From contig CAZSNL010000004.1 in the NCBI GenBank assembly GCA_964608275.1, forward strand, positions 8,265 to 72,264: DNA of 64,000 nt, given 5' to 3'. A program made the translations under genes and the position numbers. The notes below the pieces were generated by a model that was not told where the DNA came from, searched no databases, and saw nothing but the letters and a program-made list of their open reading frames with translations. The stretch comes from an uncultured Hyphomicrobiales bacterium. Its GTDB lineage: Bacteria; Pseudomonadota; Alphaproteobacteria; Rhizobiales; CAZSNL01. Below, piece by piece: positions 9,124 through 18,163 of this stretch (the stretch's first letter is position 1; every line of letters begins with the position of its first letter).

Positions 9124-10182
9124 ATGAGCGCGTGTCCGCGGTGCTTCGTCATCCTGGGCGTCTACAACCCGATCATCGGGCATCTGGAGCAACAGATCGC
9201 CTCGATCCTTGGCCAGACGGTAAAGGATATTGAATTGATCGTGGTCCCCGACGGACCGCAGGAAGAGGCTGAACGGGTGATCGCGGGCTACCGCGATTCG
9301 CGCATACGGCTGTGCCGGCAGGACACGCATGTCGGAGTGTATCACAATTTCCAGCGCGGTCTGGAAACGGCGCTGACGTGCAGTGATCAGGAAGTCGACC
9401 TCTTTGCCTACTGTGACCAGGACGACATCTGGGTACCGCACAAGTTGCAACGGCAGATCGACGCGCTCGCCGCGTCACAAGCCGTCATGTGCTACTGCGA
9501 CGCGAAAGTCGTCGACGATGCGGGCACGGTGGTCTACCCGTCGCTGTTTGATGCCGAATGCCGCGTGCGCAACTGCACTGTCTCCGAACTCGTGCTGGAG
9601 AACAGCGTCACCGGAATGACGATGCTGTTCGACAAGCGGGTTGCACAAGCGGCCGTGAATTATCCCGCACGTATTGCCCGGCACGTGCACCACGACTGGT
9701 GGACCGCGCTTGTGGCGAAGGTGACGGGGCCGGTCGTCTTCATCGATGAACCGCTCGTCGCCTACCGCCAGCACTCCGCGAACGTGATCGGTGCCCAGCC
9801 CTGGATGCCTCAGGGTTCCGGCAACAGGAAACGGCCATTCCTGTCGCGTGAGTATCGCGAAATGTGTGTGCGCCACTTCGTGACACGCCGGTTTCTGGTC
9901 TCCGAACTGGCACGCTTGGCGGACCAAGGTCGACAGGTGGGGCAATCGACCCCCGTGCTACGCGGATTCACGGCCGGGAGGGGCGGCGCCGCGTTGCTGC
10001 TCGCGACCACTGCCGGAATGCTCATCGGTGGCCGTAGACGATGTGCAACGAGCGGGTTCCGGTCGCTCATTGGCAGGCTGGAAATCGCCCGGCGCGTATT
10101 TCTGGAACGGGGTCCCTTGCAGTTCCGCAGCCGCTACGACGCCGCGTGCGAGGAACTGCTTGCGCCGAGGCTGGCCAGATGA
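9124..10182 (+). CDS. Glycosyltransferase family 2
   Basis: ORF 9058..10182; I chose the ATG at 9124. FVILGVYNP...ILGQTVKDIELIVVPDGP is the GT-A N-terminal fold, and CDQDDIW is a DxD-type motif. Confidence 0.75.
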   Translation: MSACPRCFVILGVYNPIIGHLEQQIASILGQTVKDIELIVVPDGPQEEAERVIAGYRDSRIRLCRQDTHVGVYHNFQRGLETALTCSDQEVDLFAYCDQDDIWVPHKLQRQIDALAASQAVMCYCDAKVVDDAGTVVYPSLFDAECRVRNCTVSELVLENSVTGMTMLFDKRVAQAAVNYPARIARHVHHDWWTALVAKVTGPVVFIDEPLVAYRQHSANVIGAQPWMPQGSGNRKRPFLSREYREMCVRHFVTRRFLVSELARLADQGRQVGQSTPVLRGFTAGRGGAALLLATTAGMLIGGRRRCATSGFRSLIGRLEIARRVFLERGPLQFRSRYDAACEELLAPRLAR

Positions 10183-10257
10183 CAACTCGCGCCGCGGCAG
10201 CGGTCGCCGTCAGGCAATGGCCTGGATCAGTCAACTGAATTCGGCTCCGGCAACTTG

Positions 10258-11001
10258 ATGACGCATCCCATGCACCGGCGGAGAGTTCCGCTCGACCGTT
10301 TCATGCTCAGCGGCCTCGGGTTCGCGGTCGGTCGCGACGCGGCGCCGGTGATCAACGGGGACGAAGGAGCAGTTCTCCATCGCGGCTACCTTGCCACGCC
10401 GCAGGCAGTGCCGGCGGGCCCGACCCCGGTGCCGGAGGGGTTCGACTTCATCGTGACCGCGCATGCGTTGCTCGACAGCGTTCCCGACGGCGCGACCTAC
10501 GACTTCGCGATCCTGGACCATGTGCTGCAGTTCCTGCCCGATCCCGTAAGTTTTCTTGCCCGATTGGAACTTCTGCTTGTGCCGGGCGCGCCGGTGATCG
10601 CGATTTGCGACAATGCTGCACCGGCGGCAATCGCCTTTGAAACGCCGGCCTTGCTCGAAGCCTATCTTGAACGACGCTTGACGCCGTCCTTCTCGCAGAT
10701 GTTCGTTGAGCAGCGCCACAGGGCAGCGATGGCGGTAAGGCGGAACGGGTTGCGCAGGCCACCGGCGCACCGCATGTCACGTCAGGAGTTCGTGCGCGCG
10801 TACGATACATCCATGGAGCTGATGACTGCCGGGTGCTGGACGGATCCGGTTCGGTGCTGGGACATTGATCCGGAGATGATCCCTGCAACCGTGGGAGAAT
10901 TGCGCCGCCTCGGAAAAACCGGGTTCGTGGTTCAGTCCTGCTCAAGACCGGCGCGGCGCGGTGGCGAGTTCTGGATTCACCTCGTCAAGGAAGACGGTTG
11001 A
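10258..11001 (+). CDS. Hypothetical protein with a methyltransferase-like segment lacking a clear SAM-binding motif I
   Basis: ILDHVLQFLPDPVSFLARLELLLVPGAPVIAI resembles the post-II/III region of class I methyltransferases, but I see no GxGxG motif. Its stop overlaps the sulfotransferase ATG (TGATG). Confidence 0.35.
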   Translation: MTHPMHRRRVPLDRFMLSGLGFAVGRDAAPVINGDEGAVLHRGYLATPQAVPAGPTPVPEGFDFIVTAHALLDSVPDGATYDFAILDHVLQFLPDPVSFLARLELLLVPGAPVIAICDNAAPAAIAFETPALLEAYLERRLTPSFSQMFVEQRHRAAMAVRRNGLRRPPAHRMSRQEFVRAYDTSMELMTAGCWTDPVRCWDIDPEMIPATVGELRRLGKTGFVVQSCSRPARRGGEFWIHLVKEDG

Positions 11002-11693
11002 TGTTCATTTCGGTCCACATCCCGAAGACCGGAGGTACGACGTTCCGCAACTTCCTCGAACAAAGGTATCCGGGGAAAGTCGCCTATGACTACGGAAGCG
11101 ATAGCGAGCTCACCCATCGGCTGCTGCGCGAGAAGCGCAAGGTGGCAAGCCCGGAGGTTCTCCGGCAGCTGAAGCAGGAGGGTATTCGGGTCGTCCACGG
11201 GCACTTCCCTGCCACTCGCTATGCCGAGGCCATTCCGAACCCGGCTGCCTACTGGGTATGGCTGCGTGATCCCGTGGAACGTATGATATCGCACTACTCA
11301 TTCCTGCGCGAAAATCGTCTCCCCAGCACCCTGGCTGTGAAGATCCGCGAGGGGACGATGACGTTCGAGGAATACCTGGGCCGGCGGAACACGAACAATG
11401 TGCTCACCCGCTATACAGAACCGTTCGACATCGAGGACTTCGGGTTCCTCGGACTTGTCGAGCACTACGACCTGAGCCTGTGTGTTGGCGGGTTCACGGA
11501 CACGATCACCCGGCATCCGAAGCGAAATGTGACGAAAAACAAGGTTCAGCTGGCGGCTGAACTGCTGGAGATGTTCCGACAGAAGAATGCCCGTGACATT
11601 GCTCTTTACCGGACGGCGGGCAGATTGTTGGGCTGGCGCGCTCATGCACGTGGTGTGACGCTGGCTGCATGTCAGGCCGCATCGGCGGAATAG
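11001..11693 (+). CDS. PAPS-dependent sulfotransferase family protein
   Basis: A 5'-PSB-like motif HIPKTGGTT lies at the N-terminus, and a 3'-PB-like motif RDPVERMISHY lies at 11265-11297. Size is about 230 aa. It sits within a polysaccharide locus. Confidence 0.8.
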   Translation: MFISVHIPKTGGTTFRNFLEQRYPGKVAYDYGSDSELTHRLLREKRKVASPEVLRQLKQEGIRVVHGHFPATRYAEAIPNPAAYWVWLRDPVERMISHYSFLRENRLPSTLAVKIREGTMTFEEYLGRRNTNNVLTRYTEPFDIEDFGFLGLVEHYDLSLCVGGFTDTITRHPKRNVTKNKVQLAAELLEMFRQKNARDIALYRTAGRLLGWRAHARGVTLAACQAASAE

Positions 11694-11694
11694 C

Positions 11695-12642
11695 ATGGAC
11701 GACTTCCGCCGATCCCATCGAACGTTACGCAGGCGCTTCCCGGGCCGGCGGATATCGGGTGTTGGTGCCGCAACACATGTTTGCGTCGCACTCGCTGTGA
11801 TGCTGCAGGCAGCGATCTCGGTGGTCCAGGCGTCGCAGCCAGCAGAACAGCGGCCGGAGCGGATTGTTTCCCTTCATCTTTGCGCGGATCAGTATCTGCT
11901 GTCGCTTGCCGATCCCGAGCAAATTGTCGCCCTTGGCCCATACGCCCACAATGCCGATATCTCGTTTCAGGCGGAAAGGGCCCGGCACTGGCCGTCGCTC
12001 GAGGCCACTGCAGAGGAAGTGCTGGCATTGAAGCCCGACCTCGTGCTCGCGGCGGCATTCACAAATCCGTCAACTCTGGAGGCGTTACGGCGGCTGGGGC
12101 ATCGGGTGATGCGGTTGCAGCATGTGCAGACCATCAAAGACCAGCGACGCCAGATCATGGAAGTTGCAGCAGCGATCGGGCATCCCGAGCGTGGCAGTGT
12201 GCTGGCTGAGGAAATTTCCCGTGCTTTCGACACGCTCGGCAGAGAGTCCCGCGCTGCCGGCAACCGGGTACTCTATTATCATCGGCGTGGGTACGTGAGC
12301 GGTCCGGACAATCTCGCCGGCGAACTGCTGTCGCAGGCCGGGTTCGTGAACGCGGCTTCCGATATCGGTATTGACGATACCGGCCAGGCCAGCCTCGAGA
12401 CGGTTATCGTGGCGCGCCCGGATTACCTCGTGCTGACGCATCGACATTCGCGCGCACTTGATCAGGGCTCGAGCCTCGTCAACCATCCGGCGCTCCGCCG
12501 ACTTCTGGGAGAAGACAGGCGGATCTATCTTCCGATGCCGCTCGTGGTCTGTCCGGGCGCCCCGTTTCTGGAGGCCATCCGGGTGCTTCGGAGCGAACTC
12601 GTTCGACTGAACCTTGCCGCCTCCGACGTCCCTCGACACTGA
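11695..12642 (+). CDS. Periplasmic substrate-binding protein, FecB/BtuF-like (iron-siderophore/haem/cobalamin class)
   Basis: It has a signal-like N-terminus. RIVSLHLCADQYLLSL...IVALGPY...ALKPDLVLAAAF is a typical layout for this class of binding proteins. It starts 2 nt after the sulfotransferase stop. No cognate permease or ATPase is nearby. Confidence 0.65.
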   Translation: MDDFRRSHRTLRRRFPGRRISGVGAATHVCVALAVMLQAAISVVQASQPAEQRPERIVSLHLCADQYLLSLADPEQIVALGPYAHNADISFQAERARHWPSLEATAEEVLALKPDLVLAAAFTNPSTLEALRRLGHRVMRLQHVQTIKDQRRQIMEVAAAIGHPERGSVLAEEISRAFDTLGRESRAAGNRVLYYHRRGYVSGPDNLAGELLSQAGFVNAASDIGIDDTGQASLETVIVARPDYLVLTHRHSRALDQGSSLVNHPALRRLLGEDRRIYLPMPLVVCPGAPFLEAIRVLRSELVRLNLAASDVPRH

Positions 12643-12735
12643 TCGGACGCGACGGGTTCGGGTCGGAAGCCTTTCTGTCGGTTGCGGCGCTGGGGCGCAG
12701 TGGCCTTGCGGTCGTTCATCCGCTAGCTGGGGTCC

Positions 12736-13476
12736 ATGGGATTGGAAGTTTCCTATATCGGTGCGCTTCTGGCGGGGCTGCTGAGCTTTCTGTCGCCCTG
12801 CGTGTTGCCACTCGTGCCGCCATACCTGTGCTACCTCGCCGGCACCACCCTCGACGAGGTTGCCGGCGACCACACTCCGAACCCTGACGTGGCGTTCCGA
12901 GTTTTCATCACCGCAGTCCTGTTCGTGCTCGGTTTCACGACCGTCTTCGTGTCGCTCGGTGCCAGCGCCTCGCTGATCGGCCGTGTCCTGGCCGAGTATC
13001 TGCCGATACTCGCGAAGCTGGCGGGCGTCATCATCATCTTGATGGGCGCTCACTTCATGGGACTGCTACGGATCGGTTTCCTGAACCGGGAGGTGCGCTA
13101 TCACCACGACGCACGACCGGCAGGCCTGCTCGGGGCCTATGTCATCGGGCTTGCGTTCGCGTTCGGCTGGACACCCTGCATCGGGCCGGTTCTGGCGACG
13201 ATACTCGCCATTGCGGCTGTGGAGGACCGGGTTGCGTACGGAGCGACACTGCTGGCGGTCTACTCGCTCGGTATCGGCCTGCCGTTCATGGTGGCAGCGC
13301 TTGGTGTCGGACCTTTCCTGCGCTTCATGAAACGTTTTCGCGCCTGGATGCCCGCAGTCGAACGGACCATGGGGGCACTGCTGGTGGTCACGGGGATTCT
13401 CTTCTTGACCGGCGCATTGAGCGAATTCTCCTACTGGCTGATCGAACTGTTTCCGGGGCTTGCCACGATCGGCTGA
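12736..13476 (+). CDS. ccdA: Cytochrome c biogenesis thiol:disulfide transporter CcdA (DsbD family)
   Basis: It has the LSFLSPCVLPLVPPYL and GWTPCIGPVL motifs and is a six-TM-type protein of about 246 aa. Confidence 0.85.
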   Translation: MGLEVSYIGALLAGLLSFLSPCVLPLVPPYLCYLAGTTLDEVAGDHTPNPDVAFRVFITAVLFVLGFTTVFVSLGASASLIGRVLAEYLPILAKLAGVIIILMGAHFMGLLRIGFLNREVRYHHDARPAGLLGAYVIGLAFAFGWTPCIGPVLATILAIAAVEDRVAYGATLLAVYSLGIGLPFMVAALGVGPFLRFMKRFRAWMPAVERTMGALLVVTGILFLTGALSEFSYWLIELFPGLATIG

Positions 13477-15437
13477 GCCAGCAGGCGGTGCATCCTGACG
13501 AGGCCGAAGACGACCAGCACGACGGCCGCGACCGCCAGCACGCCTGCAATCCGGTTGTCGGAGAGGAGAAGGACGGTGACTGCCAGCGGTACCAGCGTGA
13601 ACCGGAACGCGGCATCGACGAGGCGGTTGGCCGCGACGCGTCCCTGGAATGCAAGGCTCAGGGTCAGCGTTCCGACAAGTATGAGCGCGAAATCGGGCAC
13701 CTGGTTCCAGCCCGGTTCCAGCACAAAGTCCGGCCGGGCAAAAATGGTGACCATCATCACCATCAAGGGCATGCACATGACGAGGGCATGCATCATCGTT
13801 GCCACGAATGGCGCATCCGCAATCCGCGACGTTACCGCCGCGGTGACGGAGGTGGGCGGCGACAATTCGCCGAAAACGGCAACGAAGAAGGCGAAGAAGT
13901 GCACCACCCAGGGTTCGATCCCGGCGCGGATCATGAACGGTGCGATGACCACGGCGGTGATTATGTAGGTCGGTGCGACCGGCAGACCCATGCCGACGAG
14001 GTATCCGAAACCGAAGGCGACTAGGACCATCAGCGCGAGATTGACCTGTGCGCCTTCCATCAACAGGACACCGACCTTGGTCGGGACGCCGGTAATCGTG
14101 AACGTCGCGGTGAGGATACCCAGCGTCGCCAGCAGGATCGTGAGTTCCGCCGTGATGGTGGCAAAGGACTCGACGAGTCTCAGGAACGGCCGGATCAGTT
14201 CGCCAAACGATCCGGCCTTGATCAGCCATGACCGGAACAGGAACACGGCCCCAAGAACGACCGTCAGGATCACGAACACGTTCTGGGCCGAAGTCATGGC
14301 GGGACGCCGCTCCACGCCCATGAAATACATCAATCCGCCTACCGCGAGGAAATAGGCAAGGATGTTGCCCTTATCCATGAAGGTGAGTGGCGCGACTTCG
14401 GGCACAACGGCGCGGTGATGGTAGCGCATACCCACGAGATAGACGGAAAAGGCCACGCCGAAGAAATATACGAATGCCGGGGCAAATCCGCGAGCGACGA
14501 TCTCGAAGTAGCTCTGCTGGAGATAGTCGGCCATAAGGAAGGCGGCGATACCCATCAGCGGAGGCATGAGCTGACTGCCGAGGGACGAGGCGGTCTCGAC
14601 CGCTGCCGCTGTCACGCGCGGGAAGCCGGCTCGGATGAGAACCGGGATCGTGGCCGCACCCGTCGTCGCCGCGTTTGCGGCTCCGGAGCCGCTTACCGCA
14701 CCGACAGCGAATGAGCCGATGACGGCGGTTTGCGGAAGCAGTTGCGGAAGACGTATGGCAATGCGCGATGAACCGAGCAGGATCGAATCGATGCAGCCAA
14801 AGGCCCGTAGTGCCGCCAGAACCAGGATGAAGGATCCGATGAGCGTGAGTGCCAACTGCGAAAGACGTTCGAAAATCCCGGTGGAAATTTCGACGCTGAC
14901 CGCGCTTACCAGGCGGGTCCATGGCATGCCGCTGTGGTGGAACGTTCCCGGCACCACGTGGCCGTAAACCGTGTAGAGAATAAGTGCGACGTTGACGACA
15001 AACAGCACGAAGTATCGCCGACGGGTGTATTCCAGCACGAGGGCGGCCATGATGCCGCCGACGGTCAGGTCGTGAAGGTTCCACATCGCCAGCCGGTAGA
15101 TCCGGATCTGGTCGAAGTTGGTCACCAGATACCACACCGCATACAGGCTGAATGCGACGTACGCGGCAGCAATGACGAACGGAACGATCAGGCCGAGTCG
15201 GGGATAGAGTTCGCCTCTGCGAAGATCGTTGAGCACCACGATGCATAGGGTCATCGGAACGCCGATGACTGCCAGGAGCGTCGGCCCTCCGGCGCCGGTC
15301 ACGTAATAGCGACAAAGATAGGCGAAGAACCCGATCGCCATTGTGTAGAAGGCGACGTCGGCGATACGCCCCAGGCGCTGCTCGCGGGGGGTCTCTCGCT
15401 TCTGCGCGGGCAGGTCTTCGACGGGAATTTCAGCCAT
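13431..15437 (-). CDS. TRAP transporter fused permease (TAXI-type, 4TM/12TM fusion)
   Basis: ORF 13431..15530; I chose the ATG at 15437 (MAEIPVEDLPAQK...). It is very hydrophobic, about 668 aa, with the layout of fused DctQM-like permeases. It is followed upstream by a TAXI-like binding protein. The 3' end overlaps ccdA convergently by 46 nt. Confidence 0.8.
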   Translation of the reverse strand: MAEIPVEDLPAQKRETPREQRLGRIADVAFYTMAIGFFAYLCRYYVTGAGGPTLLAVIGVPMTLCIVVLNDLRRGELYPRLGLIVPFVIAAAYVAFSLYAVWYLVTNFDQIRIYRLAMWNLHDLTVGGIMAALVLEYTRRRYFVLFVVNVALILYTVYGHVVPGTFHHSGMPWTRLVSAVSVEISTGIFERLSQLALTLIGSFILVLAALRAFGCIDSILLGSSRIAIRLPQLLPQTAVIGSFAVGAVSGSGAANAATTGAATIPVLIRAGFPRVTAAAVETASSLGSQLMPPLMGIAAFLMADYLQQSYFEIVARGFAPAFVYFFGVAFSVYLVGMRYHHRAVVPEVAPLTFMDKGNILAYFLAVGGLMYFMGVERRPAMTSAQNVFVILTVVLGAVFLFRSWLIKAGSFGELIRPFLRLVESFATITAELTILLATLGILTATFTITGVPTKVGVLLMEGAQVNLALMVLVAFGFGYLVGMGLPVAPTYIITAVVIAPFMIRAGIEPWVVHFFAFFVAVFGELSPPTSVTAAVTSRIADAPFVATMMHALVMCMPLMVMMVTIFARPDFVLEPGWNQVPDFALILVGTLTLSLAFQGRVAANRLVDAAFRFTLVPLAVTVLLLSDNRIAGVLAVAAVVLVVFGLVRMHRLLAQPIVASPGNSSISQ

Positions 15438-15609
15438 GACATGGCCCCCTGCAGCATCGCGGTGGCTCGGGGCCGGGCAGGGGTTGGGGAGGCGAGACGG
15501 TGGGCCAATGGCCCTCATCCGCCACACCAACCCCCGTTGGTCCGACGTGCCTGCGACGGGTCATCGTTGTGGCGAGGAGTGGAGGCCCCATTCGCCGTTT
15601 GATGATTGT

Positions 15610-16641
15610 CTATTCGGCGATCCGTTCGTTCCACGCCTCGTCCCAGGCGTCGCGTTCGCGCAAATACTGGGCAAGGCCGGGATGGATGCGTGCAGCGTCG
15701 CCGGTCGACTGGATGCCGCGGCGCTGGAGGTCGACCATGTCGTCACGAACCTGAACGAAGCCTGCGTCGGACTCGTGCAGTTCGGCTGCATTCTCCTCGA
15801 TCACCGTCAGCATGCGGTAGACATCCTCGGCAGGCACATCCAGACCGACATGGAAACCGTAGAAGAACGGGACCAGGACCGCCTCTTCAACCCCGATATC
15901 CGTCGCGAAAGCACTGGCGGCCACATGGGCCACCGCCACCCCGGCTTTCTCGAGTGCGGCGATTTCTTCAGCATTGGGGTTGAGTACCGCAACATCCGTC
16001 GACAGCATTGCTTCGGTCACCCAGGGGGCCGGACTCGTCTCGCTCGTGGTGTAGACGATGAATGCGTCGATCGTTCCTTCCTGGAGCGCCGGGCCGGCAA
16101 GACCGGTGTCGAGTTCGACATATTCGTGTCCGACGTCGACCGCCTGCATTGCGCGTTCAAGTGCGGCTCTGACATCCCACGGGGCAGGTCCGGTGAACAC
16201 CGGACGACCGGAAAGGCTCTTCCAGCCCTGGTACTCCTTCAGATCCGCCGCTCGGACACCCAGACCGACCTCAAGGGTGAACGCCCAGAATGATTGTACG
16301 AGTTCGTTCTGGATCTGGTCGCGGAATCCTTCGAAGCGGCCGCTGTTGCTGGCTACTTCGTGAAACGCGATGTCGGCACCATAAAAGCCATTGAACTGGC
16401 CAGTCGCGAAGCCCCGGATGGAAGCTGCCGCGCCCGGTGTTGGCAGTACGGTGACTTCATACCCCTCCAGTTCCCGGTTCAGCACAGTGGCGAGGCTGAC
16501 GAGAGCACGATGGCCCGAAGAACCCACGGCAGACGTAGCCCAGCGAATCTCGGTTTGCGCCATGCTTGGTCGGGCATCGACAGCGGCGAACAACCCAAGG
16601 ACAAGGGCCACGGCAATGGTGAATCTCCATGATTGATGCAC
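15610..16641 (-). CDS. TAXI-family TRAP transporter solute-binding protein (probable)
   Basis: I chose the GTG at 16641, which lies 7 nt after GGGAGG on the minus strand. It gives the signal peptide VHQSWRFTIAVALVLGLFAAVDARPSMA. The call rests mainly on size, the periplasmic signal and adjacency to the fused TRAP permease. Confidence 0.6.
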   Translation of the reverse strand: MHQSWRFTIAVALVLGLFAAVDARPSMAQTEIRWATSAVGSSGHRALVSLATVLNRELEGYEVTVLPTPGAAASIRGFATGQFNGFYGADIAFHEVASNSGRFEGFRDQIQNELVQSFWAFTLEVGLGVRAADLKEYQGWKSLSGRPVFTGPAPWDVRAALERAMQAVDVGHEYVELDTGLAGPALQEGTIDAFIVYTTSETSPAPWVTEAMLSTDVAVLNPNAEEIAALEKAGVAVAHVAASAFATDIGVEEAVLVPFFYGFHVGLDVPAEDVYRMLTVIEENAAELHESDAGFVQVRDDMVDLQRRGIQSTGDAARIHPGLAQYLRERDAWDEAWNERIAE

Positions 16642-16767
16642 GATCGTTCCTCCCTGGTATCGATGAACTGCTCGTCGGTGCGAAGGGCACCAATGGGGAC
16701 TGTAACCCGACCATTGATCGCTACCAAGCATTCCGGGCAATGCCCGCAATGTTCGCCTTTCCGTAGA

Positions 16768-17247
16768 TCAGCCGACCGTGGAGCTATAGGTGCCGCGGCC
16801 GATGGCCACCAGCCGCCCCTGGGCGTCGTGCACGTCCACATCAATGACGGCGACAGTGCGCCCCAAGCGTCGCACTTGCGCGGTGGCAAGCAGGCTTTCT
16901 CCCGTTGCGGGCCGCAGGTAATCGGTCCTGAGGTTGACGGTAGGAACCGCGCCGCCTAGCGACAGGGCAATTGCGAAGTCGCCTGCAACGTCAATCAGCG
17001 ACGCGATCGGCCCGCCATGAAACTGCCCGGTATTCGGGAAGCGTTCGAGCTCCGGACGCATTGGCATCCGGATGCTCAGCTTGTCCTCGTCCGGCCACAC
17101 CTTCTCGCAGGTCATGCCACAGAACACAATGAATGGAGAGCTGTCGAGCAGTGCCTGGATGTCATCCCTGCCAAGCCGCTCCGTCACGACACGGCTCCGG
17201 CAGATGGGCGGCGATTGTACCGGCATGGGGCAGGCATGACCGAACAA
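16768..17247 (-). CDS. PaaI-family hotdog-fold thioesterase
   Basis: FHGGPIASLIDVAGDFAI and RRLGRTVAVIDVDVHDAQGRLVAIGRGTY are characteristic of PaaI/YbgC-type thioesterases. Confidence 0.75.
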   Translation of the reverse strand: MFGHACPMPVQSPPICRSRVVTERLGRDDIQALLDSSPFIVFCGMTCEKVWPDEDKLSIRMPMRPELERFPNTGQFHGGPIASLIDVAGDFAIALSLGGAVPTVNLRTDYLRPATGESLLATAQVRRLGRTVAVIDVDVHDAQGRLVAIGRGTYSSTVG

Positions 17248-17302
17248 TGCGGATCATTCTCGAGCATGTCCAGAGCGATGGTCATGCGACCTCCCGGCTT
17301 GT

Positions 17303-17890
17303 TCAGCTTCGGAGCCGGGTGGATTCGGTGGCCGCGTGCAGGGCGGCCATGAATGCCTCGATCGCCCGGTTCAGATCATGATCGTTATGAATGGTCGTCA
17401 CCGGTACTCCGTCAACGGCTATTGTCTTGTCACGGGCGAGCCGTTCCGAGATCACGTCGGGCGTTTCGCGCCCGCGTGCGGCGAGGCGGGCGGCTATCAG
17501 CTCGCGTGGCGCGGTGACATGCACGATGTGCATGCGGGGAAAAATGGCGGCGGCGCTGGCGAGAACCGTACGCGAAAGGTTGGCAACGATGGCAGTCCCG
17601 TGCTTGAGGTCGTTGCAGATGCTGGCGGGGATCCCATACCGCAGACCGTGCGCCCGCCAGCTCAGCACAAACGCTCCATTCTCTGCCAGCGCATCGAAGC
17701 GGTCAGTAGTGACAGCGACATGCCTCTCGCCGCCGGAATAAGCCGGTCGTGTGACGATGCGCCTTGGAAAGGCAAACTGCCGATTTCCGGAAAGACGGAT
17801 CCGCGCCGCATCGATGAGCGTATCCTTGCCGGCCCCGCTTGGACCAACGACAGCCAGGAAAACGCCTTCCATGTCGGTCGATCCCTCCAT
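17303..17890 (-). CDS. phnN: Ribose 1,5-bisphosphate phosphokinase PhnN
   Basis: ORF 17303..18082; I chose the ATG at 17890. It has the P-loop VVGPSGAGKDTL. The segments LSWRAHGLRYGIP and RLAARGRE...ERLAR are collinear with E. coli PhnN as I remember it. Confidence 0.8.
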   Translation of the reverse strand: MEGSTDMEGVFLAVVGPSGAGKDTLIDAARIRLSGNRQFAFPRRIVTRPAYSGGERHVAVTTDRFDALAENGAFVLSWRAHGLRYGIPASICNDLKHGTAIVANLSRTVLASAAAIFPRMHIVHVTAPRELIAARLAARGRETPDVISERLARDKTIAVDGVPVTTIHNDHDLNRAIEAFMAALHAATESTRLRS

Positions 17891-18163
17891 TGGTGTACCG
17901 CGACGTCGATCCTCGAGTCTTGCCGTAGGCGAGGATCTCGTCCAGCCGGCCCATGCTCGTCGGCTCATCAGTTTTCCAGATTCTTGGGAGATGTCGATAG
18001 CGGCGCGGGATGACAGTAGCATCGCGCCTTCTGCCGGATCGATCAGGGAAGCGCGGTGAAGAGCGGCGTGGCCTTCGCGCACATTGCTGCTGTCAGCTCA
18101 GACCAGGCTGGAGTGCCGGTCGTCCGGCAGATGACTCTCCGTTCGGTTCAGCATACCAGGCGC

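Noticed and set aside
8839-9450. ORF upstream of kpsT, considered as the missing kpsM permease.
   Set aside because: The translation is hydrophilic and Arg-rich with no TM helices. It runs antisense through the start of the GT2 gene. The truly non-coding gap (8843-9123) is too short for a ~260-aa KpsM.
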